In this document: one piece after another, positions 10,501 to 20,041 of the stretch | How the letters are laid out: the number at the start of each line of letters is the position of its first letter | Position numbering within the stretch: position 1 is the first letter of the stretch | From: Candidatus Omnitrophota bacterium | Lineage (GTDB): Bacteria; Omnitrophota; Gorgyraeia; B26-G9; JBDRCZ01 | Direction of reading: 5' to 3' | Assembly (NCBI GenBank): GCA_043821285.1 | Contig: JBDRCZ010000017.1 | Location: forward strand, 15,947-79,946 | DNA: 64,000 nucleotides | Notes under the pieces: model-generated | Database searches by the model: none | Seen by the model: only the letters and a program-made list of their open reading frames with translations | What the model was told of the DNA's origin: nothing | Made by a program: the position numbers and the translations under genes

Positions 10501-10969
10501 TAAGTTTACGGTGACAAAAAGAAAACAGGAAAAAATGGCAGTAATTAAACTGGAAAATCTTGACGGAGCTATCGAAGTAGTGATTTTTCCGGAAACGTTT
10601 AAAAAGGTACAAAATAATGTTCGTGCAGACGCAATAGTATTTGTTAAAGGTAACGTAAACGTTCAGGAGGGATTACGTCCGAAAATCATTGCCCGTGATT
10701 TAATTCCGCTGGAAGATGTATCTTCTTCTCTTACTCAGTCAATAAGTTTACAGGTCGACCGGATAAACCATGAGGAATGTTTAATAAAAATAAAAAACAT
10801 TGTTAGAAATCATCCGGGAAAAGTACCCCTTTATTTAAATTTCAACAGTAGTGTACGCACCCCAACACAAATACTTACGGGAATGAAAGTTAAACCGACG
10901 GAAAAGCTGCTCAATGAGTTAGAAGACCTCATCGGAGCAGATAATATAAAATTCGAGCTCTCTCAATAA
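7529..10969 (+). CDS. dnaE: DNA polymerase III alpha subunit
   Basis: PHP domain start HLHVHTQYSLLDGA, polymerase core motifs (GPGRGSAAGS, NPERISLPDIDIDF), OB-fold region near the C-terminus; 1146 aa. Confidence 0.95.
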   Translation: MKHSDFVHLHVHTQYSLLDGACMIDNLVDQAYQLKMPALAMTDHGNMFGTIEFYQAAMNKGVKPIIGCEVYIAPESRLKKTSKAGRDTAYHLLLLAKDEQGYKNLMKLVSIGYLEGFYYKPRIDKEILGKYAKGLIGLSSCLKGEIPVLIASGLIEQAKKTTAEFIDIFGKDDFYLELQDSGITQQRTVNRHLLEFARQFEILPVATNDVHYLLKEHAQAHEILLCIQTQTTLADPGHMRFQTEEFYLKNPQEMHSLFSDVPQALRNTLAITEKCNLELDFSKVYLPKYKVPDGKKPEIYLSELCHHNLKTRYPEPTEIICNRLMHELKVIKDLGYASYFLIVWDFINFAKQKSIPVGPGRGSAAGSIVSYLLGITDIDPLKYDLLFERFLNPERISLPDIDIDFCYERREEVIKYVTEVYGKENVAQIITFGTMAAKGVIRDVARVMGLPYVDADRIAKLVPYDINITLQDAINNVSELTNLYKTDPTIRQLLDTSLSLEGLTRHASTHAAGVVISSDRLTEHVPLFKPNDAGQISTGYPMGALEKIGLLKMDFLGLKTLTVIDQTLKILKRTGNLELIIEHIPPDDKKTYQMLSEGNSTGVFQLESSGMREILRKLRPEMFEDLIAILALYRPGPLGSGMVDDFIKRKHNKTKIKYDHKLLEPILKDTYGIIIYQEQVMRIVNILAGFTLSQADTIRRAMSKKIPEVIDQLRNSFIEGAVKRNINKRIAEKIFNLIEYFAGYGFNKSHSAAYAQISYYTAYLKANYPVEFMAALLTSEKDNTDKIALYIDELKRMNIKILPPDINESFGKFTVVGGAIRFGLSAVKNVGIVAVDAIVRSRIEKGAFTSLYDFSERVDLRTVNRKVIESLIKCGAFDSFKKSRACLITSIDNALEVATSMQKDKQNGQLTFIDNFGYSLFNKKENDNIEVKEWPQGQLLSFEKEMLGLYITGHPLAQYAKILSKFNHCSLKNIAEFNNNDVMLGGLIVKVKFTVTKRKQEKMAVIKLENLDGAIEVVIFPETFKKVQNNVRADAIVFVKGNVNVQEGLRPKIIARDLIPLEDVSSSLTQSISLQVDRINHEECLIKIKNIVRNHPGKVPLYLNFNSSVRTPTQILTGMKVKPTEKLLNELEDLIGADNIKFELSQ

Positions 10970-10970
10970 A

Positions 10971-10996
10971 AAATTTCTTTTACGAGAAATTTTTTA
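10971..10996 (+). terminator. Rho-independent terminator of dnaE
   Basis: AAATTTCT-TTTACG-AGAAATTT hairpin followed by TTTTTAT immediately after the TAA. Confidence 0.6.
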
Positions 10997-11320
10997 TGTA
11001 TTTTTTACTAAAACCTGTGTTCAAAAGGGCTTGACCAAGTTAGTAAAATCTGCGATCATCCTGTGTTATTGTGTTATTTAGTTTGACAAATTAACAGTAA
11101 TAACTTATTATAGTTATTGCTGAAAAACCCCAGCAATGACTTGATTACAGTGATATTCGTCCTTTACCTTTGCTGAAAGGTCATTGCTTGAACTAATGCC
11201 AAGTTACATCAAGGGAAAAAGCTGCAGCACTTAGAGAAAGCTTGAAAACCGTAGGTTCTAATATCACAAGCTGGACGAGTCAAAAGCAAGCATGATAAAG
11301 AATAATTTGACTCGTCCAGT

Positions 11321-12718
11321 TTGAAAAAAACTACGATTATGAGAATTGAAAGTAGAAAATCTACGCGGCTCCGTACGCGCTTACGAATTAAATATCAGAT
11401 TGTTGCCAGTGACGACAGTTTATCAGGTCCAGTATATACAACTAACCGTGATATAAGCGCAAGCGGGATGCTGTTTGAAAGCCCGCGATTAATACCAATT
11501 GATACAGAACTTTACATAACTTTTAATATCCCGGGAATTGATCATCCCTCCCATGTTAAAGGAAGAGTTATCCGCATTGAAGAAAAAGAATTGGGTAAAT
11601 GGTTTTTAATTGGGGTAATTTTTACGGAAATAACGGATGATAATAAAAATGAGATAATCCGCCGCATCGAATTAATGGATATAATGCGGTTATTGCAGGT
11701 TACACATCAACGGCATGCCTCAGATTTACATTTAACTTATAATCGGCCGCCAATCTTGAGAATACATGGAAATTTAAAATTACTGGAGATGGAACCATTA
11801 GATTGTGATGATTTAAAAAACATGATCTATAGTATAATGACAGATGATCATATAGACAGATTTGAAAAACTTAAAGAATTAGATTTTGCATTTTCCCCTA
11901 ATCCGGAACTGCGTTTTCGCGTTAATGTACATCAGCAGCGCGGTAATATTGAAGCAGCTTTTAGAGCGATTATGCCAGAAATACGCTCGATCAGAGAATT
12001 AGGACTGCCATCGGTAGTTGAAAATTTAGCCAGAAAAAAGAAGGGAATTATTGTAATTGCCGGAGCAACCGGAACGGGAAAAACAACAACCTTAGCATCA
12101 ATGGTTGACTTAATTAACAAAGAAAGAGAAACAGTAATAATTTGCCTGGAAGACCCGATTGAATATGTGCATACTAATATTAATAGCATTGTTAAGCAAA
12201 GAGAAATCGGAACCGATACCCTGTCTTTTGCCGGCGCCCTAAAACAAGCGCTACGGCAGGACCCTGATGTGATTATGATTGGAGAGATGTTAGATGCCTC
12301 AACGGTTCGTACCGCAATAACCGCCGCAGAAACCGGGCATTTGGTAATTACTTCTTTGCATGCACCGGATACGGTACAGGCAATTGATCGATTAATTAAT
12401 ATCTTTCCGCCGCAGCAGAAACATCAATTCAGTTTTCAACTCTCTAATTGCCTCGAAGGAATTATTACCCAACTTTTACTCCCGCGTCGGGACAGGGAAG
12501 GCCGGGTGGTAGCAACCGAGGTTATGACGATTACAGATGCTGTGCGCAATCTAATCCGCGATTGTAATACCGTACAAATTCCTTCTGTTATCCAAACCGG
12601 GGCAAAATATATGATGCATACAATGGCCGAATCCATAAAAAGATTGTATGAAAATGGGTTGATTACCAAACGTGTGGCAATTGACCATTGTCCTGAACTT
12701 GAAGAAATTTTATCTTGA
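11321..12718 (+). CDS. PilZ-domain / PilT-family type IV pilus retraction (twitching motility) ATPase fusion
   Basis: N-terminal PilZ-like RxxxR...DISASGMLFES region fused to PilT ATPase core (Walker A GATGTGKTTT, ITSLHAPDT). Track start is TTG at 11321; the ATG at 11339 (MRIESRK...) is more likely. A 14-bp inverted repeat CTGGACGAGTCAAA/TTTGACTCGTCCAG sits immediately upstream (11272-11319). Confidence 0.75.
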   Translation: MKKTTIMRIESRKSTRLRTRLRIKYQIVASDDSLSGPVYTTNRDISASGMLFESPRLIPIDTELYITFNIPGIDHPSHVKGRVIRIEEKELGKWFLIGVIFTEITDDNKNEIIRRIELMDIMRLLQVTHQRHASDLHLTYNRPPILRIHGNLKLLEMEPLDCDDLKNMIYSIMTDDHIDRFEKLKELDFAFSPNPELRFRVNVHQQRGNIEAAFRAIMPEIRSIRELGLPSVVENLARKKKGIIVIAGATGTGKTTTLASMVDLINKERETVIICLEDPIEYVHTNINSIVKQREIGTDTLSFAGALKQALRQDPDVIMIGEMLDASTVRTAITAAETGHLVITSLHAPDTVQAIDRLINIFPPQQKHQFSFQLSNCLEGIITQLLLPRRDREGRVVATEVMTITDAVRNLIRDCNTVQIPSVIQTGAKYMMHTMAESIKRLYENGLITKRVAIDHCPELEEILS

Positions 12719-12773
12719 CATATATAATTTTATTATGATATATTAATATAACAACTAATAAAATCAAAAGTTT

Positions 12774-13262
12774 ATGATAAGTAAAGCGCTAGAAAATAAA
12801 ATCCAGGCAGTAGAAGAATATTTGGAATTGTGGCTGCGTTTTCACGACTTGTATAAAGAAGTTACACAAACGCAGGTAGTTAACCCCACTAAAGAAAAAG
12901 AATTTATGGATTTAAAAAGCTTGCTAACCCGTAAATATCAGGGACTGTTGGATACTTTAAATATACAATTAACTACGGAAGACCGCACTTTTGATGTTGT
13001 ATCACAACTCCTTTCTTTAAAAGATGTTATAAATATTTCCGAACTGCAAATGCAGAAAATTGAAACAGAATGGCATAATTCATATATTTCCTTAAATAAG
13101 ATGCTCGGGTCATTAGAAAATAGAAAAACAGAACTTGCCAATATAAGCCATGTAAAAGTAATTATTAACAAAATATTTTCTGGCCCATTGGTTTCGTTAT
13201 TATCGGTAATTATTGCCATTATTATCTTTTACTTGATTTATACAAAATTTTTTAATTACTAA
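12774..13262 (+). CDS. Hypothetical protein with C-terminal transmembrane anchor
   Basis: Helical, coiled-coil-like body and hydrophobic C-terminus LVSLLSVIIAIIIFYLIY. No recognisable family. Confidence 0.35.
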   Translation: MISKALENKIQAVEEYLELWLRFHDLYKEVTQTQVVNPTKEKEFMDLKSLLTRKYQGLLDTLNIQLTTEDRTFDVVSQLLSLKDVINISELQMQKIETEWHNSYISLNKMLGSLENRKTELANISHVKVIINKIFSGPLVSLLSVIIAIIIFYLIYTKFFNY

Positions 13263-13382
13263 TGGAGAACCACGAGTATAACCCGTGATTTATCCATATT
13301 CAAAAAATGTTTCGCATTTTTGGGTTAGCTTAACCAATAATTATACAGTAGCAAAAAATACAAGAAAGGAGGCGGGTAATCT

Positions 13383-13655
13383 ATGACAAAAAAAGATATT
13401 GTGATAAAAATCTCGAATGAAACAAAAATAAAACAGCTGGAAGTAAAAAGGGTTGTGCAGAAAATACTTGATGTGATTATTGAAAGTTTAGTAAACGGGC
13501 AAACAGTTGAACTGCGAAATTTTGGCGTTTTTAAGGTAAAGTCCCGCAGAGGACGCACGGGCAGAAATCCGCGTACTGGTGAAGTAGTACCGGTTCCGCC
13601 AAAAAAGATTGCGGTGTTCAAACCCGGGCTGGAAATGAAAAAACAGGTAAAATAA
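13383..13655 (+). CDS. hup: HU-family nucleoid-associated DNA-binding protein
   Basis: 90 aa. GVFKVKSRRGRTGRNPRTGEVVPVP arm motif typical of HU/IHF. RBS AAGGAGG upstream. Confidence 0.9.
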   Translation: MTKKDIVIKISNETKIKQLEVKRVVQKILDVIIESLVNGQTVELRNFGVFKVKSRRGRTGRNPRTGEVVPVPPKKIAVFKPGLEMKKQVK

Positions 13656-13724
13656 ATACGCGATATCGAATTACTATTTATTTATCAATAGGTTAAGATA
13701 AAAGATATTCGTAAAATATAAGAA

Positions 13725-13765
13725 CCCCAATGCATTAATTGGTATGGCAATGGGGTATTTTTCTA
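13725..13765 (+). terminator. Rho-independent terminator after hup
   Basis: CCCCAATGC ... GCAATGGGG stem (one mismatch) followed by TATTTTTCT. Confidence 0.5.
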
Positions 13766-13770
13766 ATTAA

Positions 13771-15063
13771 ATGAAGGAAATTAAGCGGTTAAAAGGTATC
13801 AATGATATATTGCCAGGGGAGGCCGTTGCCTGGCAGTTTATAGAAGATAATGCCCGTACTATTTTTGAGCATTATGGATATGAACAAATCCGCCTGCCGC
13901 TCATTGAATATTTGGATTTATTTACCCGCAGTATTGGCGAAACTGCAGATATTGTCCAGAAGGAAATGTATCGCTTTACAGATCGTGCCGGTAGAGTTAT
14001 TGCCCTGCGGCCGGAAGCAACTGCGGGTGTAGTCCGGGCATATATAGAAAATGATCTAAAACGGGAAGGATTAAAAAAATTATACTATAGCGGAGCAATG
14101 TTTCGCGGAGAAAATCCTCAAGCCGGCAGATATCGTCAGTTTCATCAAATCGGGGTAGAGGCAATTGGGTCATCTAGTCCATATCTTGACTGTGAAATTA
14201 TTGTCATGCTGGATAACTTTTTGCAAAAAAATACCCTGACAAATTATGAAATCATTTTGAATAATGTTGGCTGTTTACAAGATCGAGAGAAATTTTCAAA
14301 GCATTTAAAACAGATTCTTAATCCACAAATTGATCTTCTTTGCATAGATTGTAGAGTCCGTCTTACAAAAAATCCCTTGCGAATTTTCGATTGTAAAAAT
14401 GCGCCGTGCAAAAAATTGCTGCAAAACCTGCCGAAAATTTCTGAAAATATCTGCCCTGACTGTGCCGCACATTTTACAACTGTTACAAAACTTTTGACAG
14501 ATTTAAATATTCGATATATTATTGACCATAATCTTGTAAGAGGATTAGATTATTATACAAAAACCGTGTTTGAAATTACCCATAAAGAATTAAGCGCACA
14601 AAATGCAATATGTGCCGGAGGACGTTACGATAATCTCATCGCAGAACTTGGCGGGACAGCAACTGGCGCATGCGGCTTTGCCCTTGGGGTTGAAAGATTG
14701 ATTATCGCACTTAAAAATACCGGTTTTGGTAAGTTAACGTACAATTATCCCAAAGTATATATTGCCACCTTAGGTGATCAGACAGTAAATGAAGGATTTA
14801 ATATCTGGCATGCCTTACATCAGGAAACTATTTCTACGACAATAAATTATGAAGGAAAATCATTAAAAGCTAAATTACGGCTGGCAAATAAACAAAATGC
14901 ATTATTGGTAATTATTCTTGGGGAAAATGAAATGTCCGCGGGAACCGTCATGGTAAAAGATATGCATACTAAATCACAAGATGTTGTTGCACGGGAAAAT
15001 CTTGTTTCTTATATAAAGGATCGTCTGAATATCCCCCCAATTTGCCGCAGTACTGGTGGATAA
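13771..15063 (+). CDS. hisS: Histidine--tRNA ligase
   Basis: Class II aaRS motifs (RPEATAGVVRAY, GGRYDNLI), Cys-rich insertion, anticodon-binding C-terminal domain; 430 aa. Confidence 0.9.
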   Translation: MKEIKRLKGINDILPGEAVAWQFIEDNARTIFEHYGYEQIRLPLIEYLDLFTRSIGETADIVQKEMYRFTDRAGRVIALRPEATAGVVRAYIENDLKREGLKKLYYSGAMFRGENPQAGRYRQFHQIGVEAIGSSSPYLDCEIIVMLDNFLQKNTLTNYEIILNNVGCLQDREKFSKHLKQILNPQIDLLCIDCRVRLTKNPLRIFDCKNAPCKKLLQNLPKISENICPDCAAHFTTVTKLLTDLNIRYIIDHNLVRGLDYYTKTVFEITHKELSAQNAICAGGRYDNLIAELGGTATGACGFALGVERLIIALKNTGFGKLTYNYPKVYIATLGDQTVNEGFNIWHALHQETISTTINYEGKSLKAKLRLANKQNALLVIILGENEMSAGTVMVKDMHTKSQDVVARENLVSYIKDRLNIPPICRSTGG

Positions 15064-15111
15064 GACCGGGGATAAATTCTCTTCGCCAAAAAGCATAGCC
15101 GGTTATTAAAA

Positions 15112-16263
15112 ATGTTAAGTATCGATAAAATTTATAATATAGAAGAGTTGACGTTAGCGCCCTATGCGATGAAATCGAAAGACAGTCGCGGCCGGGGACA
15201 TAAGGAAAAAGAGCATGCCTACCGGAGTATTTATCAACGGGACCGAGACAGAATTGTCTATTCTACGGCATTTCGACGTTTACAGTATAAAACCCAGGTT
15301 TTTGTTAATTATGAAGGGGATCATTACCGTACACGCTTAACCCATACATTGGAAGTTGCTCAAATTGCAAGATCAATTGCCCGGGCACTACAATTAAACC
15401 AGGATTTAACCGAGGCGATTGCCATGGCACACGATATCGGGCACACGCCGTTTGGTCATGCTGGTGAAGCAGAGCTTCACGAATTAATGAAAGATCATCG
15501 CGGGTTTGAACACAACCGGCAAGGATTAAGAATCGTCGATCTGCTGGAAAAAAAATATCCAAACTTTACGGGACTAAACCTTACATGGGAAGTGCGTGAG
15601 GGGATAATAAAACACCAGACATTATATGACCGGCCGGAAGCAAAAGAATTTGAACCAAACAAGTTTCCTACACTCGAAACGCAAGTGGTCAATTGTGCAG
15701 ACGAAATTGCATATGACAATCATGATTTGGATGATGGGCTGCGCAGTGGTTTGATTTCGATTGCGGAGCTTAAAGATATCAGTCTCTATAAAGACATGTC
15801 AATGCAAATGAAGAATAACGATTTTGATGGTTCTTCGGATATATACCGGCATCAATTGGTACGTAATTTAATAGATTTTCAAATAAATAATCTCCTAATT
15901 TATTCTGAAAAAATATTAAAAGAACTAAAAATAAAATCTGTTTTAGATGTACGAAATGCAAAAAAAACATTAATTACTTTTACTCCGAATATGCTAAGTA
16001 AAAGAAAATATTTACAATCTTTTCTCATGGAAAAACTTTATAAAAATTATAAAGTAATGCGCATGTCTGATAAAGCGCGGCGTTTTATAAATCAGTTGTT
16101 TAAGGTGTATCTTGCAAAACCAAAACAACTCCCGCCAACTGTTCAGCAATGGATTAAGGCAGAATCAAAATACAGAGCAATATGTGACTATATTGCCGGA
16201 ATGACTGACCGTTATGCCCTTGATGAATACAAAAAGCTTTTTACCCCTTACGAGCGTGTCTGA
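15112..16263 (+). CDS. dgt: dGTP triphosphohydrolase-like HD-domain protein
   Basis: RTRLTHTLEVAQIARSIA ... AHDIGHTPFGHAGE (HD motif) and C-terminal GMTDRYALDEY. Confidence 0.85.
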   Translation: MLSIDKIYNIEELTLAPYAMKSKDSRGRGHKEKEHAYRSIYQRDRDRIVYSTAFRRLQYKTQVFVNYEGDHYRTRLTHTLEVAQIARSIARALQLNQDLTEAIAMAHDIGHTPFGHAGEAELHELMKDHRGFEHNRQGLRIVDLLEKKYPNFTGLNLTWEVREGIIKHQTLYDRPEAKEFEPNKFPTLETQVVNCADEIAYDNHDLDDGLRSGLISIAELKDISLYKDMSMQMKNNDFDGSSDIYRHQLVRNLIDFQINNLLIYSEKILKELKIKSVLDVRNAKKTLITFTPNMLSKRKYLQSFLMEKLYKNYKVMRMSDKARRFINQLFKVYLAKPKQLPPTVQQWIKAESKYRAICDYIAGMTDRYALDEYKKLFTPYERV

Positions 16264-16431
16264 TACACAGATGATCAGGAATAATGCGTGAAAACACTAT
16301 TTTTAATAGCCTTTTCAGACGACAACTGTGTAAAAGTTTTTAGCAAAAGTGTAGAATTTATCGAAACTTGATTTTTTGCATGCTCTTAAATGCAAAGGCT
16401 GATGAAACAGGGAAAGATAAAGCCACGGATT

Positions 16432-16506
16432 AACACTGATTGCACTCGGATAAAAAAAGACGAGGCCTAAATATTAAATTCACGTATTATTCAGGATAAT
16501 CTGTGT
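16432..16506. repeat. Small inverted-repeat element of the GCCACGGATT family
   Basis: Begins GCCACGGATTAACACTGATTGCACTCGGATAAAAAAA, ends ...TTCACGTATTATTCAGGATAATCTGTG. Near-duplicate strings at 1405-1420 and 1540-1562 and 5113-5150. Confidence 0.35.
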
Positions 16507-16525
16507 TTTAAGTGGTTTAAAGGGC

Positions 16526-16554
16526 TTGACAAAATATATTGCAAGTGTTAATAT
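16526..16554 (+). promoter_or_regulatory. Sigma70-type promoter for the PilZ / GAF-HD-GYP operon
   Basis: TTGACA-N17-TAATAT read directly. Predicts a leader of about 180 nt before the ATG at 16739. Confidence 0.5.
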
Positions 16555-16639
16555 TAAAATATGAAGTATAAGTTGTAATTAAAGATTTAAAAAGTGTGTT
16601 GTATTCAAAAAAGGGGGATAAATTTCCCGTAAAAGGAAC

Positions 16640-16723
16640 AGGGCGGATCATCAAAGAAGTGCGCGTGATATCCGCCTAACAAACTGGCGGATTAAATTCC
16701 CCGCCAAAAGACATGGCGGGTCA
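16640..16723 (+). promoter_or_regulatory. Structured 5' leader with five alternating complementary segments (GGCGGAT / ATCCGCC / GGCGGAT / CCCCGCC / GGCGGG)
   Basis: Segments at 16642-16648, 16670-16676, 16687-16693, 16699-16705, 16715-16720 can pair 1:2 + 3:4 or 2:3 + 4:5, which are mutually exclusive hairpins. Followed by the RBS AAGGAGGGGG. Confidence 0.4.
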
Positions 16724-16738
16724 TTTAAAGGAGGGGGA

Positions 16739-17125
16739 ATGAAAAAGGGAGGACCAATTGCAGAAAAACGGAAGTTTAACCGTATTATCACCGCGGATGT
16801 TGCTGTAAGCTATAAGCTGTATAATACACAAACACTTCCCATGTATCAAGAAATGATCGAAGAAGATGCAAGAAATATAAGTTTAGGTGGTATTGCATTT
16901 AAAACCCATGCGTTACTGCCTGTTGATACACCAATTGGTTTAACTATTCGTTTTGGAAAAACAGCTCCAATAAAAACTTTTGGCCGTGTTGCATGGATAA
17001 GTCAATCAGAAGGATTATCTCAATATAATGTGGGAATTCGTTTTTCCTGGTGGGTGTCAAATGAAGATCGGAAAATCCTGAACAACTATATTGACAAACA
17101 ATTGCCACCAGGAAGTTCAAACTAA
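16739..17125 (+). CDS. PilZ-domain protein (c-di-GMP receptor-like)
   Basis: EKRKFNRI...DISLGGIAFKT pattern of PilZ (RxxxR ... DxSxxG). 128 aa. Stop overlaps the start of the next gene (ATGA). Confidence 0.6.
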   Translation: MKKGGPIAEKRKFNRIITADVAVSYKLYNTQTLPMYQEMIEEDARNISLGGIAFKTHALLPVDTPIGLTIRFGKTAPIKTFGRVAWISQSEGLSQYNVGIRFSWWVSNEDRKILNNYIDKQLPPGSSN

Positions 17126-18621
17126 TGAGAAATAAATATCAGGAAGAATTATTTAATAAAATCTTTGAATTAAGTGAATGGAAAAAGACACAGCAGCTTA
17201 TTACAACCTATCTTGGTAAAGAAGGAAGATGGTGGTTCATTCCCAAGATTAGCAGAAAAACCCTATATTTGCTTAAAAATACGGTCTGTGTTCGCCAGCG
17301 GATTGCGAGTTGTATCACCAGATGGCTGCGATACCTGCAAACTGCAAAACGTAAACATACCCCGGTAATATTCACTTGTAACAATAGATATGTTTACTGT
17401 TTCCCCTTATGCCGCGGAGATAAATTATATGGCTACGTGGGCACTTGTAATGTCCGAGCAAAGATTTCAGACAATCTTCTCGAGTTTTTTGATCTACTTA
17501 TAAAAACAATCATTGAAAATGCACAAAAAGAGTTGGAACTTTCAAAGTTGTACGAAACAATTCGTCCGCGGGCAATTGCCCTTTCAACGATACATACGGT
17601 AAATCGTATTATCAGCGCAAATCTTGACCTGGATAATTTATTACCGCGTATTGCTAGATTAACTCTGCAGGTTATTAAGGCACAACGTTGTTCGATAATG
17701 TTACTGGATTCAGATAAAGATCAATTACGTCCGATGGCCGTTATTGATCTAAAACAAAAAATAGTAGATCTAAACAAAAAAGTTTTTTTAAAGAAGGGAT
17801 TGCCGGCAAAGGTTGTTCGAACGGGTAGGGCGATATTTAAAAATCAATATATATCAATTCCCATGGTCAGTGACGAAAAAATCATTGGGGTGATAACTGT
17901 TTCTAACAACATTAATAAAAAATCATTTAATTTGTTTGACTTTGAAATACTTTCAACCCTCACCGAACAAGCAGTTATTGCGATAAAAAATGCCAAACTT
18001 CATACGAAACAAAAAGAGATAACCTATGGCAGTATTAAAGCGCTGGCATCAGTTTTAGATATTGGCATGAATGATCGTTCAACTTCACCCGCGATTTTTA
18101 TAAATGTTACTATAGCAATCGCCCGGGAGCTAAGAATGCCAGAATCGGAAATGAAAATTTTGTATTTTGCATCTATGCTGCATCATGCCGGAAAAACAAG
18201 TATCCCGGAAAAAATAATCAAAAAAAGATCGCCGCTTACGGGGAAGGAACTGAACATTATAAAAAAACATCCTATTGTTGGCGCACAGATTATCCAGCCG
18301 TTAGACGACTTAGAGCCAGTGATCCCGATTATTTTACACCACCATGAACGCTATGACGGTACCGGATACCCGCAGGGATTAAAACAGAATGAAATCCCAT
18401 TTGGTGCAAGAATAATGTCGATTGCAGATTCTTTTGAAGCAATGATTTCAAAACGTCCATATCGTAAACCCATGACGGTTAAGCAGGCAATGTTGGAAAT
18501 CACCAGACATAGCGGAACACAGTTTGATCCGCAAGTGGTCGATGCATTTTGCCATGTTATTAAAAGAACCAATTACAAAAAAATATTATACAACGAGAAG
18601 TATTTTCAGAATTTTCTATAA
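17125..18621 (+). CDS. GAF-domain / HD-GYP phosphodiesterase
   Basis: HD-GYP signature HHERYDGTGYPQGL plus upstream HHAG..; central GAF-like region. 498 aa. Confidence 0.8.
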   Translation: MRNKYQEELFNKIFELSEWKKTQQLITTYLGKEGRWWFIPKISRKTLYLLKNTVCVRQRIASCITRWLRYLQTAKRKHTPVIFTCNNRYVYCFPLCRGDKLYGYVGTCNVRAKISDNLLEFFDLLIKTIIENAQKELELSKLYETIRPRAIALSTIHTVNRIISANLDLDNLLPRIARLTLQVIKAQRCSIMLLDSDKDQLRPMAVIDLKQKIVDLNKKVFLKKGLPAKVVRTGRAIFKNQYISIPMVSDEKIIGVITVSNNINKKSFNLFDFEILSTLTEQAVIAIKNAKLHTKQKEITYGSIKALASVLDIGMNDRSTSPAIFINVTIAIARELRMPESEMKILYFASMLHHAGKTSIPEKIIKKRSPLTGKELNIIKKHPIVGAQIIQPLDDLEPVIPIILHHHERYDGTGYPQGLKQNEIPFGARIMSIADSFEAMISKRPYRKPMTVKQAMLEITRHSGTQFDPQVVDAFCHVIKRTNYKKILYNEKYFQNFL

Positions 18622-18910
18622 GGACTTGTACGCCAATTATATCAATCGGCAAAAAAAATTTTTGGTGCTACCAGCTTGACATAATACCCTGCAGTTTTGC
18701 TGAGTGATAGTTAAGCTGAAGGAAATTTTTTATATCTATTTTAATGTTTTATTAAAAGCCTTATTATGATATACTAATAATCCGGGCATAAAAAGGGTAA
18801 TTAAATTGAGTGAGAATTAGAAAAACTTATTCCCAGATGCTTTCTAATGAAAGCAAAACCGTGGAACAAAATTCCCGCGAAAAGGCATTGTGGGAATTTA
18901 GGAGATTAAG

Positions 18911-19534
18911 ATGCATTTTTGGAAAAATGAAATCCAGCCTGATTTGTTTAAAAATGTAGATTCCTCAAAAAAACAGGGACTACGTAATTTTATTTTTAGC
19001 AAAAAAATGGAGTTGACAATACAATATGATTCTATTGTTGTTTTAGTTATCAGTTTTTTAATGATTAATATTGTTGTATATACGTTAGGCGTAGAACGCG
19101 GCAAGAGAATGTCAGGTATTCCTGATTACATTGCTGATTTAAAACATATTGTAGAAAATAAAAAAGATAAAAAAAATATTAATTGCAATCCAACAACGGA
19201 GCAAAAGGAAGATGCTATAAATATAAAAACAACACAACCAGTAGAAAAGAAGAAAATAAAAACAATGCCGGCTGATTCGATTACGGTTAAACAATCCGAT
19301 ACCTGCTACTCAATACAGGTTGCAACATATTTGTCGGATAACTATGCGCGGACAGAAGAATTAAATTGGCGGAAAAACGGGCATAAAACGTTTATTATTA
19401 AAAAGGGGAAATATTACGTGCTTTGTATTGGTGATTTTATAAGTAAAAATGTTGCATCGAACGAGCTTAAAAATTTTAAAAAACGCTTCAAAGATTGTTT
19501 TATCAGAACGATAGCAAAAGAAGATGAAGTTTGA
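18911..19534 (+). CDS. Membrane-anchored SPOR-domain-like protein
   Basis: One N-proximal TM helix (IVVLVISFLMINIVVYTL) and a C-terminal region YSIQVATYLS...YYVLCIGDF resembling SPOR peptidoglycan-binding domains. Confidence 0.4.
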   Translation: MHFWKNEIQPDLFKNVDSSKKQGLRNFIFSKKMELTIQYDSIVVLVISFLMINIVVYTLGVERGKRMSGIPDYIADLKHIVENKKDKKNINCNPTTEQKEDAINIKTTQPVEKKKIKTMPADSITVKQSDTCYSIQVATYLSDNYARTEELNWRKNGHKTFIIKKGKYYVLCIGDFISKNVASNELKNFKKRFKDCFIRTIAKEDEV

Positions 19535-19778
19535 TTAAAAGCATGCAGCATTGACCCTGCCGAGAGTATGGAAGGCGTATCCTTTTAAGTACAGTTGTGT
19601 CGCAAATAACAGTCTGGAAAATACATTGCATATTATGTGTTTAGCCGTGTTAGGAATTATTTTCATAGGTAATACTAATTAGGGTCTGATCGATAAAATT
19701 TATGTTTGTTGTAAAAGTTTCTGTATGCTCCGTTATTTTTTGGTTTTAGCACGTCTATGTTAGGAGGTGTAAACAGTT

Positions 19779-20033
19779 ATGTCTATTCATACGAGTTTAT
19801 CGGCAAAAAAAGGCAGTAAGCACCGTAGTGTGCTGAAAAGATATGAGCGGATTCAATGTTTAAAAAAGAAAGAAAAATGGACAGAAGAAACTTCGGCATA
19901 TAATCTGCCAAAGATTAAAAATATTAAGGTAAAGATAAAGAAGACAAAGACCGCGGCAGCAAAAACAGAAACACCGGCAGCTACTGCCTCTACGAAAGAA
20001 GGCAGCGGGGCAAAAGCAGCAGGCAAAAAATAG
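19779..20033 (+). CDS. Small lysine-rich basic protein, function unknown
   Basis: 84 aa, roughly 25 percent K/R, Ala/Thr-rich tail. RBS AGGAGGTG 8 nt upstream. Confidence 0.35.
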   Translation: MSIHTSLSAKKGSKHRSVLKRYERIQCLKKKEKWTEETSAYNLPKIKNIKVKIKKTKTAAAKTETPAATASTKEGSGAKAAGKK

Positions 20034-20041
20034 CGGTTAAA

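Noticed and set aside
11243-11259. 17-mer TTGAAAACCGTAGGTT shared between 11243 and 25449 as a conserved ncRNA motif
   Set aside because: Only the 17-mer is shared and the flanks differ. In a 64-kb AT-rich window a single 17-mer coincidence is not strong enough. In the second copy it is part of a local hairpin, in the first it is not.
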